Origin: Spirochaetia bacterium
GTDB taxonomy: Bacteria > Spirochaetota > Spirochaetia > UBA9216
Length of the DNA: 64,000 nucleotides
Reading direction: 5' to 3'
Assembly (NCBI GenBank): GCA_963675665.1
Contig: OY776510.1
Span: forward strand, 3,328,001-3,392,000
Both the position numbers and the translations under genes were made by a program. The notes under the pieces were generated by a model, which made no database searches, was not told the origin of the DNA, and worked only from the letters and a program-made list of their open reading frames with translations. Of this stretch, positions 48,869-57,061 are shown piece after piece. Within the stretch, counting starts at the first letter, position 1, and every line of letters starts with the position of its first letter.

Positions 48869-50200
48869 ATGAATAAGTACGTAGAAACAGCAATCAGAAA
48901 CAATCAAATAAGTCCTGAGCATTACAAGAAGTATAATGTCAAACGCGGATTAAGAAATGAAGACGGATCAGGCGTCCTGGTCGGTTTGACGGAAATAGGT
49001 GATGTTCACGGTTACATCATGGATGAAAATGAAAAGATCCCGGTTGAAGGCCGGCTGAGATATCGTGGAATCGATGTAAGGGATATGGTTGACGGATTCC
49101 AGGCTGAGGGCCGTTTCGGTTTTGAAGAGGTCATATACCTTCTGTTATTCGGACAGCTTCCGAATAAAAAGGAATTTGATTATTTTTATAATCTGCTTGG
49201 AAAATTCCGTGCTCTGCCGAAAGGTTTTACCGAGGATATGATCCTGAATACGCCGAGTAATAATATAATGAACAAGCTTGCAAGGAGCGTTCTTGCACAT
49301 TATTCGTTTGATGATGCTGCAGAAGACAGTTCGATTGAAAATGTACTTAAGCAGTGTATTTCGCTTATATCCAGATTTCCGGCAATAGTAGCACATTCTT
49401 ACCAGGCTAAAAGTCATTACTATGATCATAACAGCCTGTATATTCATACACCGGATTCCGAGCTCAGTACCGCTGAAAACTTTTTATCAATGATTAGGCC
49501 CGACATGCAGTATACAAAACTTGAATCAGAGCTGCTGGATCTTTGTTTTGTTCTTCATGCCGAGCATGGAGGCGGAAATAACTCGGCGTTTACAATACAT
49601 GTTGTTTCATCTGCAAGTACTGATACATACTCTGCAATAGCGGCCGGCATAGGTTCGCTGAAAGGTGATCGCCATGGCGGAGCGAATATCAAAGTACATA
49701 ATATGTTTGAAAACATAAAAGAAAATGTTAAGGATTGGTCGAACGATAAGGAAATTAAAGACTATCTTGTAAAAATTCTGAACAAGGAAGCCTTTGATAA
49801 CAGCGGACTGATATACGGCCTGGGACATGCGGTTTATACAATTTCAGATCCTCGAGCGGTTTTACTTAAAAATAAGGCTGAAACACTTGCAAAAGAGAAA
49901 GGTATGACCGAGGAATATAACCTGTACCGAAAGGTAGAAGAGCTCGGAGTTCAGGCTTTCAGAGAATATAAAAATATTGATACAACAATGAGCGCAAATG
50001 TGGATTTTTATTCAGGCTTTGTTTACAGACTTCTGAATATACCGACATCTTTATATACTCCTATTTTTGCTATTGCCAGGATAGCCGGATGGAGCGCCCA
50101 CCGGATTGAAGAGCTTGTGAAGGGCGGTAAAATAATGCGTCCCGCCTTCAAGGCTGTTGCAACTCCGAAACCTTACATCCCTCTGGCTGAACGAAATTAA
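48869..50200 (+). CDS. gltA: Citrate synthase
   Basis: GRLRYRG, LHAEHGGGNNS, LKGDRHGGAN, GLGHAVY..SDPRA, ANVDFYSG, RIAGWSAH. Confidence 0.92.
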   Translation: MNKYVETAIRNNQISPEHYKKYNVKRGLRNEDGSGVLVGLTEIGDVHGYIMDENEKIPVEGRLRYRGIDVRDMVDGFQAEGRFGFEEVIYLLLFGQLPNKKEFDYFYNLLGKFRALPKGFTEDMILNTPSNNIMNKLARSVLAHYSFDDAAEDSSIENVLKQCISLISRFPAIVAHSYQAKSHYYDHNSLYIHTPDSELSTAENFLSMIRPDMQYTKLESELLDLCFVLHAEHGGGNNSAFTIHVVSSASTDTYSAIAAGIGSLKGDRHGGANIKVHNMFENIKENVKDWSNDKEIKDYLVKILNKEAFDNSGLIYGLGHAVYTISDPRAVLLKNKAETLAKEKGMTEEYNLYRKVEELGVQAFREYKNIDTTMSANVDFYSGFVYRLLNIPTSLYTPIFAIARIAGWSAHRIEELVKGGKIMRPAFKAVATPKPYIPLAERN

Positions 50201-50218
50201 ACAAATACGGGACGCAGT

Positions 50219-50246
50219 AAACCGGACAGCAATGTCCGGTTTTTTT
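50219..50246 (+). terminator. Intrinsic terminator
   Basis: ACCGGACA/TGTCCGGT stem followed by a T-run. Confidence 0.85.
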
Positions 50247-50339
50247 AATTAATACATATTGCCGGTTAAAACAGGATAAATTCCTTATAAATTTGACGAA
50301 CTGAAACATCTTTCTTATTCTATATATAAGGAGCGTTTT

Positions 50340-50786
50340 ATGGATAAAAGTGGATTAATCAAGCTGGCGGCAAAAATTCTCTTCGATACTAAAACAGCTG
50401 TGCTCTCAACTGTAGGCGAAGAAGGCCAGCCCAGAATGCGATGGATGTCGCCTGTTTTTCTGGACGGCTACGCTGAGCGTATTTTTGCCGTCACATCAAC
50501 CGGGTTTAAGAAAGCCTCAGATATAAATGAAAATGGAAAAGTTCAATGGATGTTTCAAAGCAGATCTCTGGATACGGTAATCACTATTGAAGGAGAAAGC
50601 AGGATAATCGAAAATCTGTCTCTAAAAAATGAAGTTCTTGAAGCAGTAGGAAAACAGCTTCAGACATACTGGAAGATTAATAAAGACCCGTCAACATCGA
50701 CTGTCATAGAAACTGAAATAAAATCTGCTGTGGTATTTTATCCTGTTGAAGGCGTTAAACATAAAGTAACGTTCGAAAAGGGGTAG
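50340..50786 (+). CDS. Pyridoxamine 5'-phosphate oxidase-family (FMN-binding split barrel) protein
   Basis: AVLSTVGEEGQPRMRWM, T....K..DI..N.KV pattern; AGGAG SD. Confidence 0.8.
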   Translation: MDKSGLIKLAAKILFDTKTAVLSTVGEEGQPRMRWMSPVFLDGYAERIFAVTSTGFKKASDINENGKVQWMFQSRSLDTVITIEGESRIIENLSLKNEVLEAVGKQLQTYWKINKDPSTSTVIETEIKSAVVFYPVEGVKHKVTFEKG

Positions 50787-50790
50787 TGAA

Positions 50791-51777
50791 ATGCTTAAAA
50801 AAGAAAAATTACTTGAAAAGGAAAATTCCGGTATTACTAAAAAATTACTGGAGAATATGCTTTTAATAAGGCGTTTTGAAGAACTCTCGGCACGGATGTA
50901 CGGATTGAGAAAAATCGGGGGTTTTTGCCATCTTTACATTGGAGAAGAAGCAGTTGCAGCAGGATCAATAAATGCACTTGATCTTTCAACAGACTACGTT
51001 GTTGCAGCATACCGTGATCACGGACATGCTTTAGCCTGCGGCATGGACCCGAATAAGGTTATGGCTGAACTTTACGGAAAGGCAACAGGGTGCAGCAAAG
51101 GAAAAGGCGGGTCCATGCACATGTATGATTCTGAACGGCATATGTTCGGAGGAAACGGAATTGTGGGAGGACAAATACCTGTTGCTGCAGGTGTTGCTTT
51201 CAAAATTGCATATAGAAAAGAAAAAGGAGTTGTTCTCTGTTTTTTCGGCGACGGTGCTATTCATCAGGGCAGTTTTCACGAAAGTTTGAACCTGTCAAAA
51301 ATTTATAACCTTCCGGTAATTTATATATGTGAGAATAACCAATACGGAATGGGAACGGATTTCAGAAGAGTATCTTCGGTCGAAGATTTTTCAGTAATGG
51401 GGGCCTCTTACGGAATAGAAGGTAAGCAGGTCAACGGGATGGATGCTCTTGAAGTTTACACAGCGGTAAAGAATCTTGCAGATGATATTCGAAAAAGCCC
51501 CGGGCCGGGCTTTCTGGAAATAAAAACCTACAGGTATAAAGGACATTCAATGAGTGATCCGGCAAAATATCGAACAAAAGAAGAACTGGCTGAATATAAA
51601 CTGAGGGACCCTGTCGAACTTCTAAAAGTGAGAATGATTGAGGCGGGCCAGATTACCGAGGCTGAATATGCAGAAATGAATAAGCAGGCCGTGAAAACAG
51701 CTGATGAAGCGGCGGAATTTTCGGAGAACAGCCCGGAGCCGGATGCTGATGAAATTTTCAGCGATGTTTATGCTTAG
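50791..51777 (+). CDS. pdhA: Pyruvate dehydrogenase E1 alpha
   Basis: GGFCHLYIGEEA, YRDHGH, GKGGSMH, GDGA...ENN TPP motif, YRYKGHSMSDP. Confidence 0.96.
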   Translation: MLKKEKLLEKENSGITKKLLENMLLIRRFEELSARMYGLRKIGGFCHLYIGEEAVAAGSINALDLSTDYVVAAYRDHGHALACGMDPNKVMAELYGKATGCSKGKGGSMHMYDSERHMFGGNGIVGGQIPVAAGVAFKIAYRKEKGVVLCFFGDGAIHQGSFHESLNLSKIYNLPVIYICENNQYGMGTDFRRVSSVEDFSVMGASYGIEGKQVNGMDALEVYTAVKNLADDIRKSPGPGFLEIKTYRYKGHSMSDPAKYRTKEELAEYKLRDPVELLKVRMIEAGQITEAEYAEMNKQAVKTADEAAEFSENSPEPDADEIFSDVYA

Positions 51778-51786
51778 GAGAAGATT

Positions 51787-52761
51787 ATGGAAATGACTTT
51801 CAGAGAAGCATTGAATCAGGCAATGAGTGAAGAAATGCGTCGTGATGACAGTGTGTTTCTTATTGGAGAGGAAGTCGCGCAATATAACGGAGCATACAAG
51901 GTTAGCCAGGGTATGCTTGATGAATTCGGGCCGGAAAGGATACTTGATTCACCAATTACCGAGGAAGGCTTTACCGGATTGGGAGTCGGTGCGGCAATGG
52001 CCGGCCTGAGACCGATTGTAGAATGGATGACGTTCAACTTTTCACTGATGGCAATAGATCAGGTTGTAAATAATGCAGCAAAAACACGATACATGTCCGG
52101 CGGCCAGTTCTCCTTCCCCATGGTGCTGAGGGGGCCAAACGGTCCTGCGGAATATCTTGCAGCACAACACTCGCAGGCGCTGCAATCGCTGTATGCGCAT
52201 ATCCCCGGATTGAAAGTTTGCGCACCGTCGACACCATATGATGCAAAAGGAATGCTGAAGAGTGCAATACGGGACGATAACCCTGTTATTTTCCTTGAAG
52301 CCGAAATGATGTATTCGTGGAAAGGTGATGTCCCTGAAGAAGAGTATCTTGTACCGTTGGGAAAAGCTGAAATAAGAAAAGAAGGCAGGGATGTAACAAT
52401 TGCCGGCTACTCTAAACCGATGCGGAATATTATTGAGGCCGCTGATGCTTTTGAAAAACGCGGAATCAGCTGTGAAATTATTGACCTGAGGTCGATCAGG
52501 CCGCTTGATGAATTAACTATATTTAACTCGGTCAAAAAAACAAACAGGATAGTTATTGTTGATGAAGCATGGCCGGTAGCAAGTGTAGGATCATGGTTGT
52601 CGTCAATTGTTACAAAAAATTGTTTTGATGATCTTGATGCGCCGCCCGAACTTGTAGCAATGGAAGATGTGCCGATGCCGTACAACAGAAAACTTGAAAA
52701 GCTTGCCGGCGTCAGTACCGACAAGATAATTAAGGCTGTTGAGACGGTGCTGTATTTATAA
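51787..52761 (+). CDS. pdhB: Pyruvate dehydrogenase E1 beta
   Basis: GEEVAQYNGAYKVS, DSPITE, FNFSLMAIDQ, AQHSQ, DLRSIRPLD. Confidence 0.96.
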   Translation: MEMTFREALNQAMSEEMRRDDSVFLIGEEVAQYNGAYKVSQGMLDEFGPERILDSPITEEGFTGLGVGAAMAGLRPIVEWMTFNFSLMAIDQVVNNAAKTRYMSGGQFSFPMVLRGPNGPAEYLAAQHSQALQSLYAHIPGLKVCAPSTPYDAKGMLKSAIRDDNPVIFLEAEMMYSWKGDVPEEEYLVPLGKAEIRKEGRDVTIAGYSKPMRNIIEAADAFEKRGISCEIIDLRSIRPLDELTIFNSVKKTNRIVIVDEAWPVASVGSWLSSIVTKNCFDDLDAPPELVAMEDVPMPYNRKLEKLAGVSTDKIIKAVETVLYL

Positions 52762-52771
52762 GGATATTGTT

Positions 52772-53995
52772 ATGGCTGAAAAATTATATATGATAGCGCT
52801 TTCACCGACTATGGAGCAGGGGAAAATAACCGAATGGCATAAAAAAGAAGGCGATAGTGTAAAAAACGGCGATGTCCTTTGTGAAGTTGAGACTGATAAA
52901 GCAGTAATGGAATACGAAGCAGATTTTGATGCGGTACTTTTAAAGATACTGGCTTCTGAAGGACAAAGCGCGTCAGTAGGTGATGTTATTGCTGTTTACG
53001 GTGAGAAAGGTGAAACCTATTCCGGAATAGCTGTAGCCGAGAGTAAGAATATTGAAAGTATTCGAAGCAATGATGTTGGGAAAATCAGGGAGAACGAATT
53101 CTCAACCGAAACGAATCATGAAAGAATTAAATCATCGCCTCTTGCAAGAAAAATAGCCAAAAGTCTAAAAATCGATTTGGATACTGTTCAGGGCAGCGGT
53201 TTTAACGGAAGGATAATAAAAAGAGACATCGAAAGGGTGATGGAATCAACCCAAAGCACCGATTTTGCCGATAGAGGAAAATCAACGAATACCGTTGAAT
53301 CAGGTTCTGAACTAATCAGCGTCAGCTCAATGAGAAACACTATTGCGAAACGTCTTTCAGCATCAAAGTTCTCTGCGCCACATTTTTATCTGACCGTACA
53401 AGCCGACATGAGTTATATTATTTCGGCAAGAGAAGAACATGAAAGAAGGACAGGGGAAAAAATATCATTCAATTCGTATCTCATTAAATTATCAGCCGCC
53501 GCTTTAAAAAAACATCCTGTAGTTAATTCAGCCTGGGAGAATGATAAAATAAGAAAATTTCTGTCAGCCGACATCGGGTTTGCAGTAGCTCTTGAAGAAG
53601 GGCTTATTGCGCCGGTTATCAGAAACTGCGGCGCCAAGGGGATCTCGGAAATTGACAACGAATTTAAGATTCTGGCGGATAAAGCAAGAAACGGCTCTAT
53701 TGTTTCCGCGGAATATTCAGGTGCCGGTTTTTCAATAAGTAATCTCGGAAGTCTGGGTATAGAGGAATTTACTGCGATAATTAACCCTCCGGGTTCTGCC
53801 ATACTTGCTTTGGGTGCAATAATAAAAAAACCGGTTGTTGTTACGGATGATGAAGGTACTGATGCTGTAGTTGTGAAACCGGTGATGAAAATGACGCTTT
53901 CATGTGATCACCGTGTTATTGACGGTGCTGCGGGCGCTGCATTTTTGGCTGATCTTAAAAGGATGATTGAAAACCCTGTTGAAGCTTTGATGTAG
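52772..53995 (+). CDS. pdhC: Dihydrolipoamide acetyltransferase (PDH E2)
   Basis: Single lipoyl domain VETDKA, SSPLARKIA E3-binding domain, DHRVIDGA catalytic motif. Confidence 0.95.
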   Translation: MAEKLYMIALSPTMEQGKITEWHKKEGDSVKNGDVLCEVETDKAVMEYEADFDAVLLKILASEGQSASVGDVIAVYGEKGETYSGIAVAESKNIESIRSNDVGKIRENEFSTETNHERIKSSPLARKIAKSLKIDLDTVQGSGFNGRIIKRDIERVMESTQSTDFADRGKSTNTVESGSELISVSSMRNTIAKRLSASKFSAPHFYLTVQADMSYIISAREEHERRTGEKISFNSYLIKLSAAALKKHPVVNSAWENDKIRKFLSADIGFAVALEEGLIAPVIRNCGAKGISEIDNEFKILADKARNGSIVSAEYSGAGFSISNLGSLGIEEFTAIINPPGSAILALGAIIKKPVVVTDDEGTDAVVVKPVMKMTLSCDHRVIDGAAGAAFLADLKRMIENPVEALM

Positions 53996-53996
53996 T

Positions 53997-54031
53997 AAAA
54001 AAAACGCCTGCGGATAAAAAATCCGCAGGCG
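53997..54031. terminator. Terminator hairpin between convergent genes
   Basis: CGCCTGCGGAT/ATCCGCAGGCG 11-bp stem; the A8 on the left gives a U-tract on the minus strand. Confidence 0.8.
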
Positions 54032-54055
54032 CTGAAAATATCGGAAAAAATAATA

Positions 54056-54526
54056 TTACTCTTCCATAAAATCTTTTAGATAGCCGAAATCTTTGCCGTT
54101 AGCTGTTAATAGTACCAAGTCTTCATCATCAGTCTGCATTTTCAAGGTACTAATATTCCCGCCTTTTAGTTTTACGTCAAGATTCATATTGCCGTTCTCA
54201 TCAACAGTGATATTCCCGCTCATCGTTTCAAAATAAAAATCAGGCATTTCATATTCAGCATCAGGGTCCGTATCTCCGAATGAATTGATATATTCTGCAG
54301 CATTGAAATTATCAAAGATCATAGATGATTTTCCGGTTGTCATATCCATGTCTACCTGTACACCCTCAGGCGGTTCTCCGAACATGGATGACAGAAAAAC
54401 AATACCGAATGATGCCATAACTGCAGAGGCAGTTTCCTGAACTTCTGCATCGGAAGGATTCTGGGCAAATGCCGCGGCAGGCAAAAGAACTGCTGCAATT
54501 ACTATCAGAAACAAGATTTTTTTCAT
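54056..54526 (-). CDS. Secreted acidic hypothetical protein
   Basis: Signal peptide ending AFA|Q; AGGAG SD. Confidence 0.75.
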   Translation of the reverse strand: MKKILFLIVIAAVLLPAAAFAQNPSDAEVQETASAVMASFGIVFLSSMFGEPPEGVQVDMDMTTGKSSMIFDNFNAAEYINSFGDTDPDAEYEMPDFYFETMSGNITVDENGNMNLDVKLKGGNISTLKMQTDDEDLVLLTANGKDFGYLKDFMEE

Positions 54527-54675
54527 TTATTTCTCCTACATAAATTCATGCTTTAAACTGCACCGCAGCTTAAAGGCAAGGCTTGTGAGATGAAGTGTAA
54601 TGAGTAATAATAAAACACTTCAAAATGATTAAATTGTACGGATGCAATTTAATCATTACTCCTTTATCAAGATAG

Positions 54676-54684
54676 ATTATAGCA
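54676..54684 (-). promoter_or_regulatory. Extended -10 promoter element
   Basis: Perfect TGCTATAAT about 150 nt upstream of the 54526 start. Confidence 0.55.
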
Positions 54685-54704
54685 CCTGTAAAATTAAATA
54701 CCAG

Positions 54705-54728
54705 AAAAAAACCTCCCTTTCGGGAGGT
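54705..54728 (-). terminator. Intrinsic terminator after the EF-G paralogue
   Basis: ACCTCCC-GAAA-GGGAGGT followed by a T-run on the minus strand. Confidence 0.88.
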
Positions 54729-54742
54729 AAATAATTTATATT

Positions 54743-54811
54743 AGCTACTCATCCTTCGCAGCTGAAAGCTACTCATCCTTCGCAGCTGAAAGCTACTCAT
54801 CCTTCGCAGCT
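54743..54811. repeat. Perfect 24-bp tandem repeat (about 2.9 copies) spanning the EF-G paralogue stop codon
   Basis: AGCTACTCATCCTTCGCAGCTGAA at 54743 and 54767, partial copy at 54791. Confidence 0.95.
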
Positions 54812-56871
54812 TTTGCTTCGGCAATTACTTTATCAGCTATTGCGCCTGAGATAGGATCATAGTGATCAAATTCCATTTCAAAAGAAGCGGTGCCTGATGT
54901 AATGGAACGAAGATCAACTGAGTAATTAAGCATTTCTCCCTGCGGTACCTGGGCGTCGATTTCCAGTATGCCGCCCCCGAGAGGTTCCTGTCCGAGAACC
55001 CTGCCGCGTTTTGAGCTGAGATCAGACAGAATATCACCCATGTATTGTTCTTCACAGAAAACCTTAAGGTTCATAATAGGTTCAAGAAGTTTGACGCCGG
55101 CTTTATCAAAAGCCGCTTTGAGAGCTCCCTTTCCGGCCAGTTTAAAGGCCATTTCAGAAGAATCAACCGGATGCTCCTTACCGTCGATAATACGGGCTTC
55201 AATATCTACTACCGGATAACCTGCAAGGTATCCTTCTTCCATTGCTTCAAGAACACCCTTTTCAATACCCGGCATATATCCTTTTGATATTGAACCGCCC
55301 TTGATAGCGTTCTCAAATCTGAGATGTTCGCCGCGGTCGATAGGTTTGATTTCCATAATAACCCTGCCGTACTGACCGTGACCGCCGGACTGTTTTTTAT
55401 GAGTATATTCAGCACTTGCCGGTTTGGTTATACATTCGCGGTATGCTATACGGGGTTTACGGGTCTCAATACCTATTTTACCCCTTTCCTTGATGCCGTC
55501 GAGGACAATATTCAGATGCAGTTCGCCCATGCTTGAAACAACGGTTTCCTTGGTTTCAGCGTTGTATCTAACCTGGAAAGTAAGATCCTGATCTGCCGCC
55601 CTCTGTAGGAACTGGTTCAGCTTGTCTTCTTCTTTTTTGCTTTCCGCTGAAATTGCAACGGAATGTACAGGTTGCGGAAGTTTCAGTTTATCATAATGAA
55701 TGGCATGTTCACTTGCCGTACAGAAAGAGTCGTTTGTTCCTGCGCTTTCAATTTTGGAAAAAATACCGATATCTCCCGCGTACAGTTCCTTGCATTCTAC
55801 AAGTTTTTTACCTACGGATTTATAAATTTTGCCGATTCGTTCCTTCTTGTGATCAACTGTATTGATGTATTCGGCATCGGGTTTAAAAACACCTGTAACT
55901 ACCTTGAAAAAAGAAAGACGGCCGGAAAACTGATCGATTGTAGTCTTGAAGACGAATGCAGTAGTAGCTTTTTCAGAATCAAAATCTACAATTTCTTCAT
56001 TTCCGTCATCATCAAAAGCCTTCTCTTTAAGACCGATCGGAGACGGGGCATTGTTTGCAATAAAATTCAGCAGAGAAGTTATACCGCTGTTGAGTTCGGC
56101 TGCTCCGCAGAGAACCGGAACAATTTTATTTGCCTTCAAACCTTCTTCAAGGCCATGCCTGATTTCGTCTTCGGACAAGGTCCCTTCTTCGAAATATTTT
56201 TCAAGAAGTTCATCATCACCTTCAGCGGCGGATTCAATTGTTGTGAGTCTGTATTCTTCAACGATATCGGACATATCCGCAGGAATTTCTGATGCTACTT
56301 CTTTCCCCCCGTTTTCCGGAACAATATATGCCTTGTTTTCAATAAGGTTAACGATTCCTTTGTAGGTATTACCTGCGCCTATGGGAATGGTAACAGGAAC
56401 CAGCGGGATTTTAAATTTGTCTTTCAGATCAGCAAAGCTGGCATCAAAATCAGCACGTTCCTTGTTCATTTTATTGATAAAAGCAATTCTGGGCATGTTG
56501 CGGGAGTTCAGTCTGCGCCACAGCTTAAGCGTTTCTATCTGAACGCCGGCATCTGCAGCTATAAGCATTAACCCCATTTCTGCCGCCCTGAAACCGGCAA
56601 CAACTTCTCCTATAAAATCCGAAGCGCCTGGAGTATCCAGAATGTTTATCTGTTTGTCATTCCATATAAGGTTGGAAAAACTGGTGTGAATTGAAATCTT
56701 TCTTGAAATTTCCTCTTCTGTGTAATCGCTGACAGTTTTTCCGCTGTCAACGCTTTCGGCTTTTGTAACGACATTTCCGTTAAAGAGCATTTGCTCAACC
56801 ACGGTTGTCTTTCCTGTGCTGCCGTGCCCTGCTACAGCAATATTTCGGATGGCACTGCTGGGAAAACTCAT
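54793..56871 (-). CDS. fusA: Elongation factor G paralogue (EF-G II type, divergent G domain)
   Basis: GHGSTGKTT, RKISI, DTPGASDF, NKMN; intact domain IV KKQSGGHGQYG and HPVDSSEMAF. Confidence 0.9.
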   Translation of the reverse strand: MSFPSSAIRNIAVAGHGSTGKTTVVEQMLFNGNVVTKAESVDSGKTVSDYTEEEISRKISIHTSFSNLIWNDKQINILDTPGASDFIGEVVAGFRAAEMGLMLIAADAGVQIETLKLWRRLNSRNMPRIAFINKMNKERADFDASFADLKDKFKIPLVPVTIPIGAGNTYKGIVNLIENKAYIVPENGGKEVASEIPADMSDIVEEYRLTTIESAAEGDDELLEKYFEEGTLSEDEIRHGLEEGLKANKIVPVLCGAAELNSGITSLLNFIANNAPSPIGLKEKAFDDDGNEEIVDFDSEKATTAFVFKTTIDQFSGRLSFFKVVTGVFKPDAEYINTVDHKKERIGKIYKSVGKKLVECKELYAGDIGIFSKIESAGTNDSFCTASEHAIHYDKLKLPQPVHSVAISAESKKEEDKLNQFLQRAADQDLTFQVRYNAETKETVVSSMGELHLNIVLDGIKERGKIGIETRKPRIAYRECITKPASAEYTHKKQSGGHGQYGRVIMEIKPIDRGEHLRFENAIKGGSISKGYMPGIEKGVLEAMEEGYLAGYPVVDIEARIIDGKEHPVDSSEMAFKLAGKGALKAAFDKAGVKLLEPIMNLKVFCEEQYMGDILSDLSSKRGRVLGQEPLGGGILEIDAQVPQGEMLNYSVDLRSITSGTASFEMEFDHYDPISGAIADKVIAEAKAAKDE

Positions 56872-57061
56872 GATTGCTCCTTATTATTAGAGATTAGTTA
56901 GAATACTATAAGCGTGTAATTTGGAGCTGTCAAGGACTAATTGAGACAGGAATATAGTTGAATTATCATACTGCAGATCTATTTCGAAATAATTAAAAAT
57001 GTACCGACAGCCAACATGATGTATGTATTTGTGTCATGTTAACTGTCGATGTTGATTATGT

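Noticed and set aside
50207-50246. c-di-GMP-I riboswitch suggested by GGGACGCA
   Set aside because: The upstream GCAAAC/GNRA stem is missing; the hairpin is explained as the citrate synthase terminator.
54743-54811. Tandem repeat as a mini CRISPR array
   Set aside because: Units are directly adjacent with no unique spacers, and no cas genes are present.
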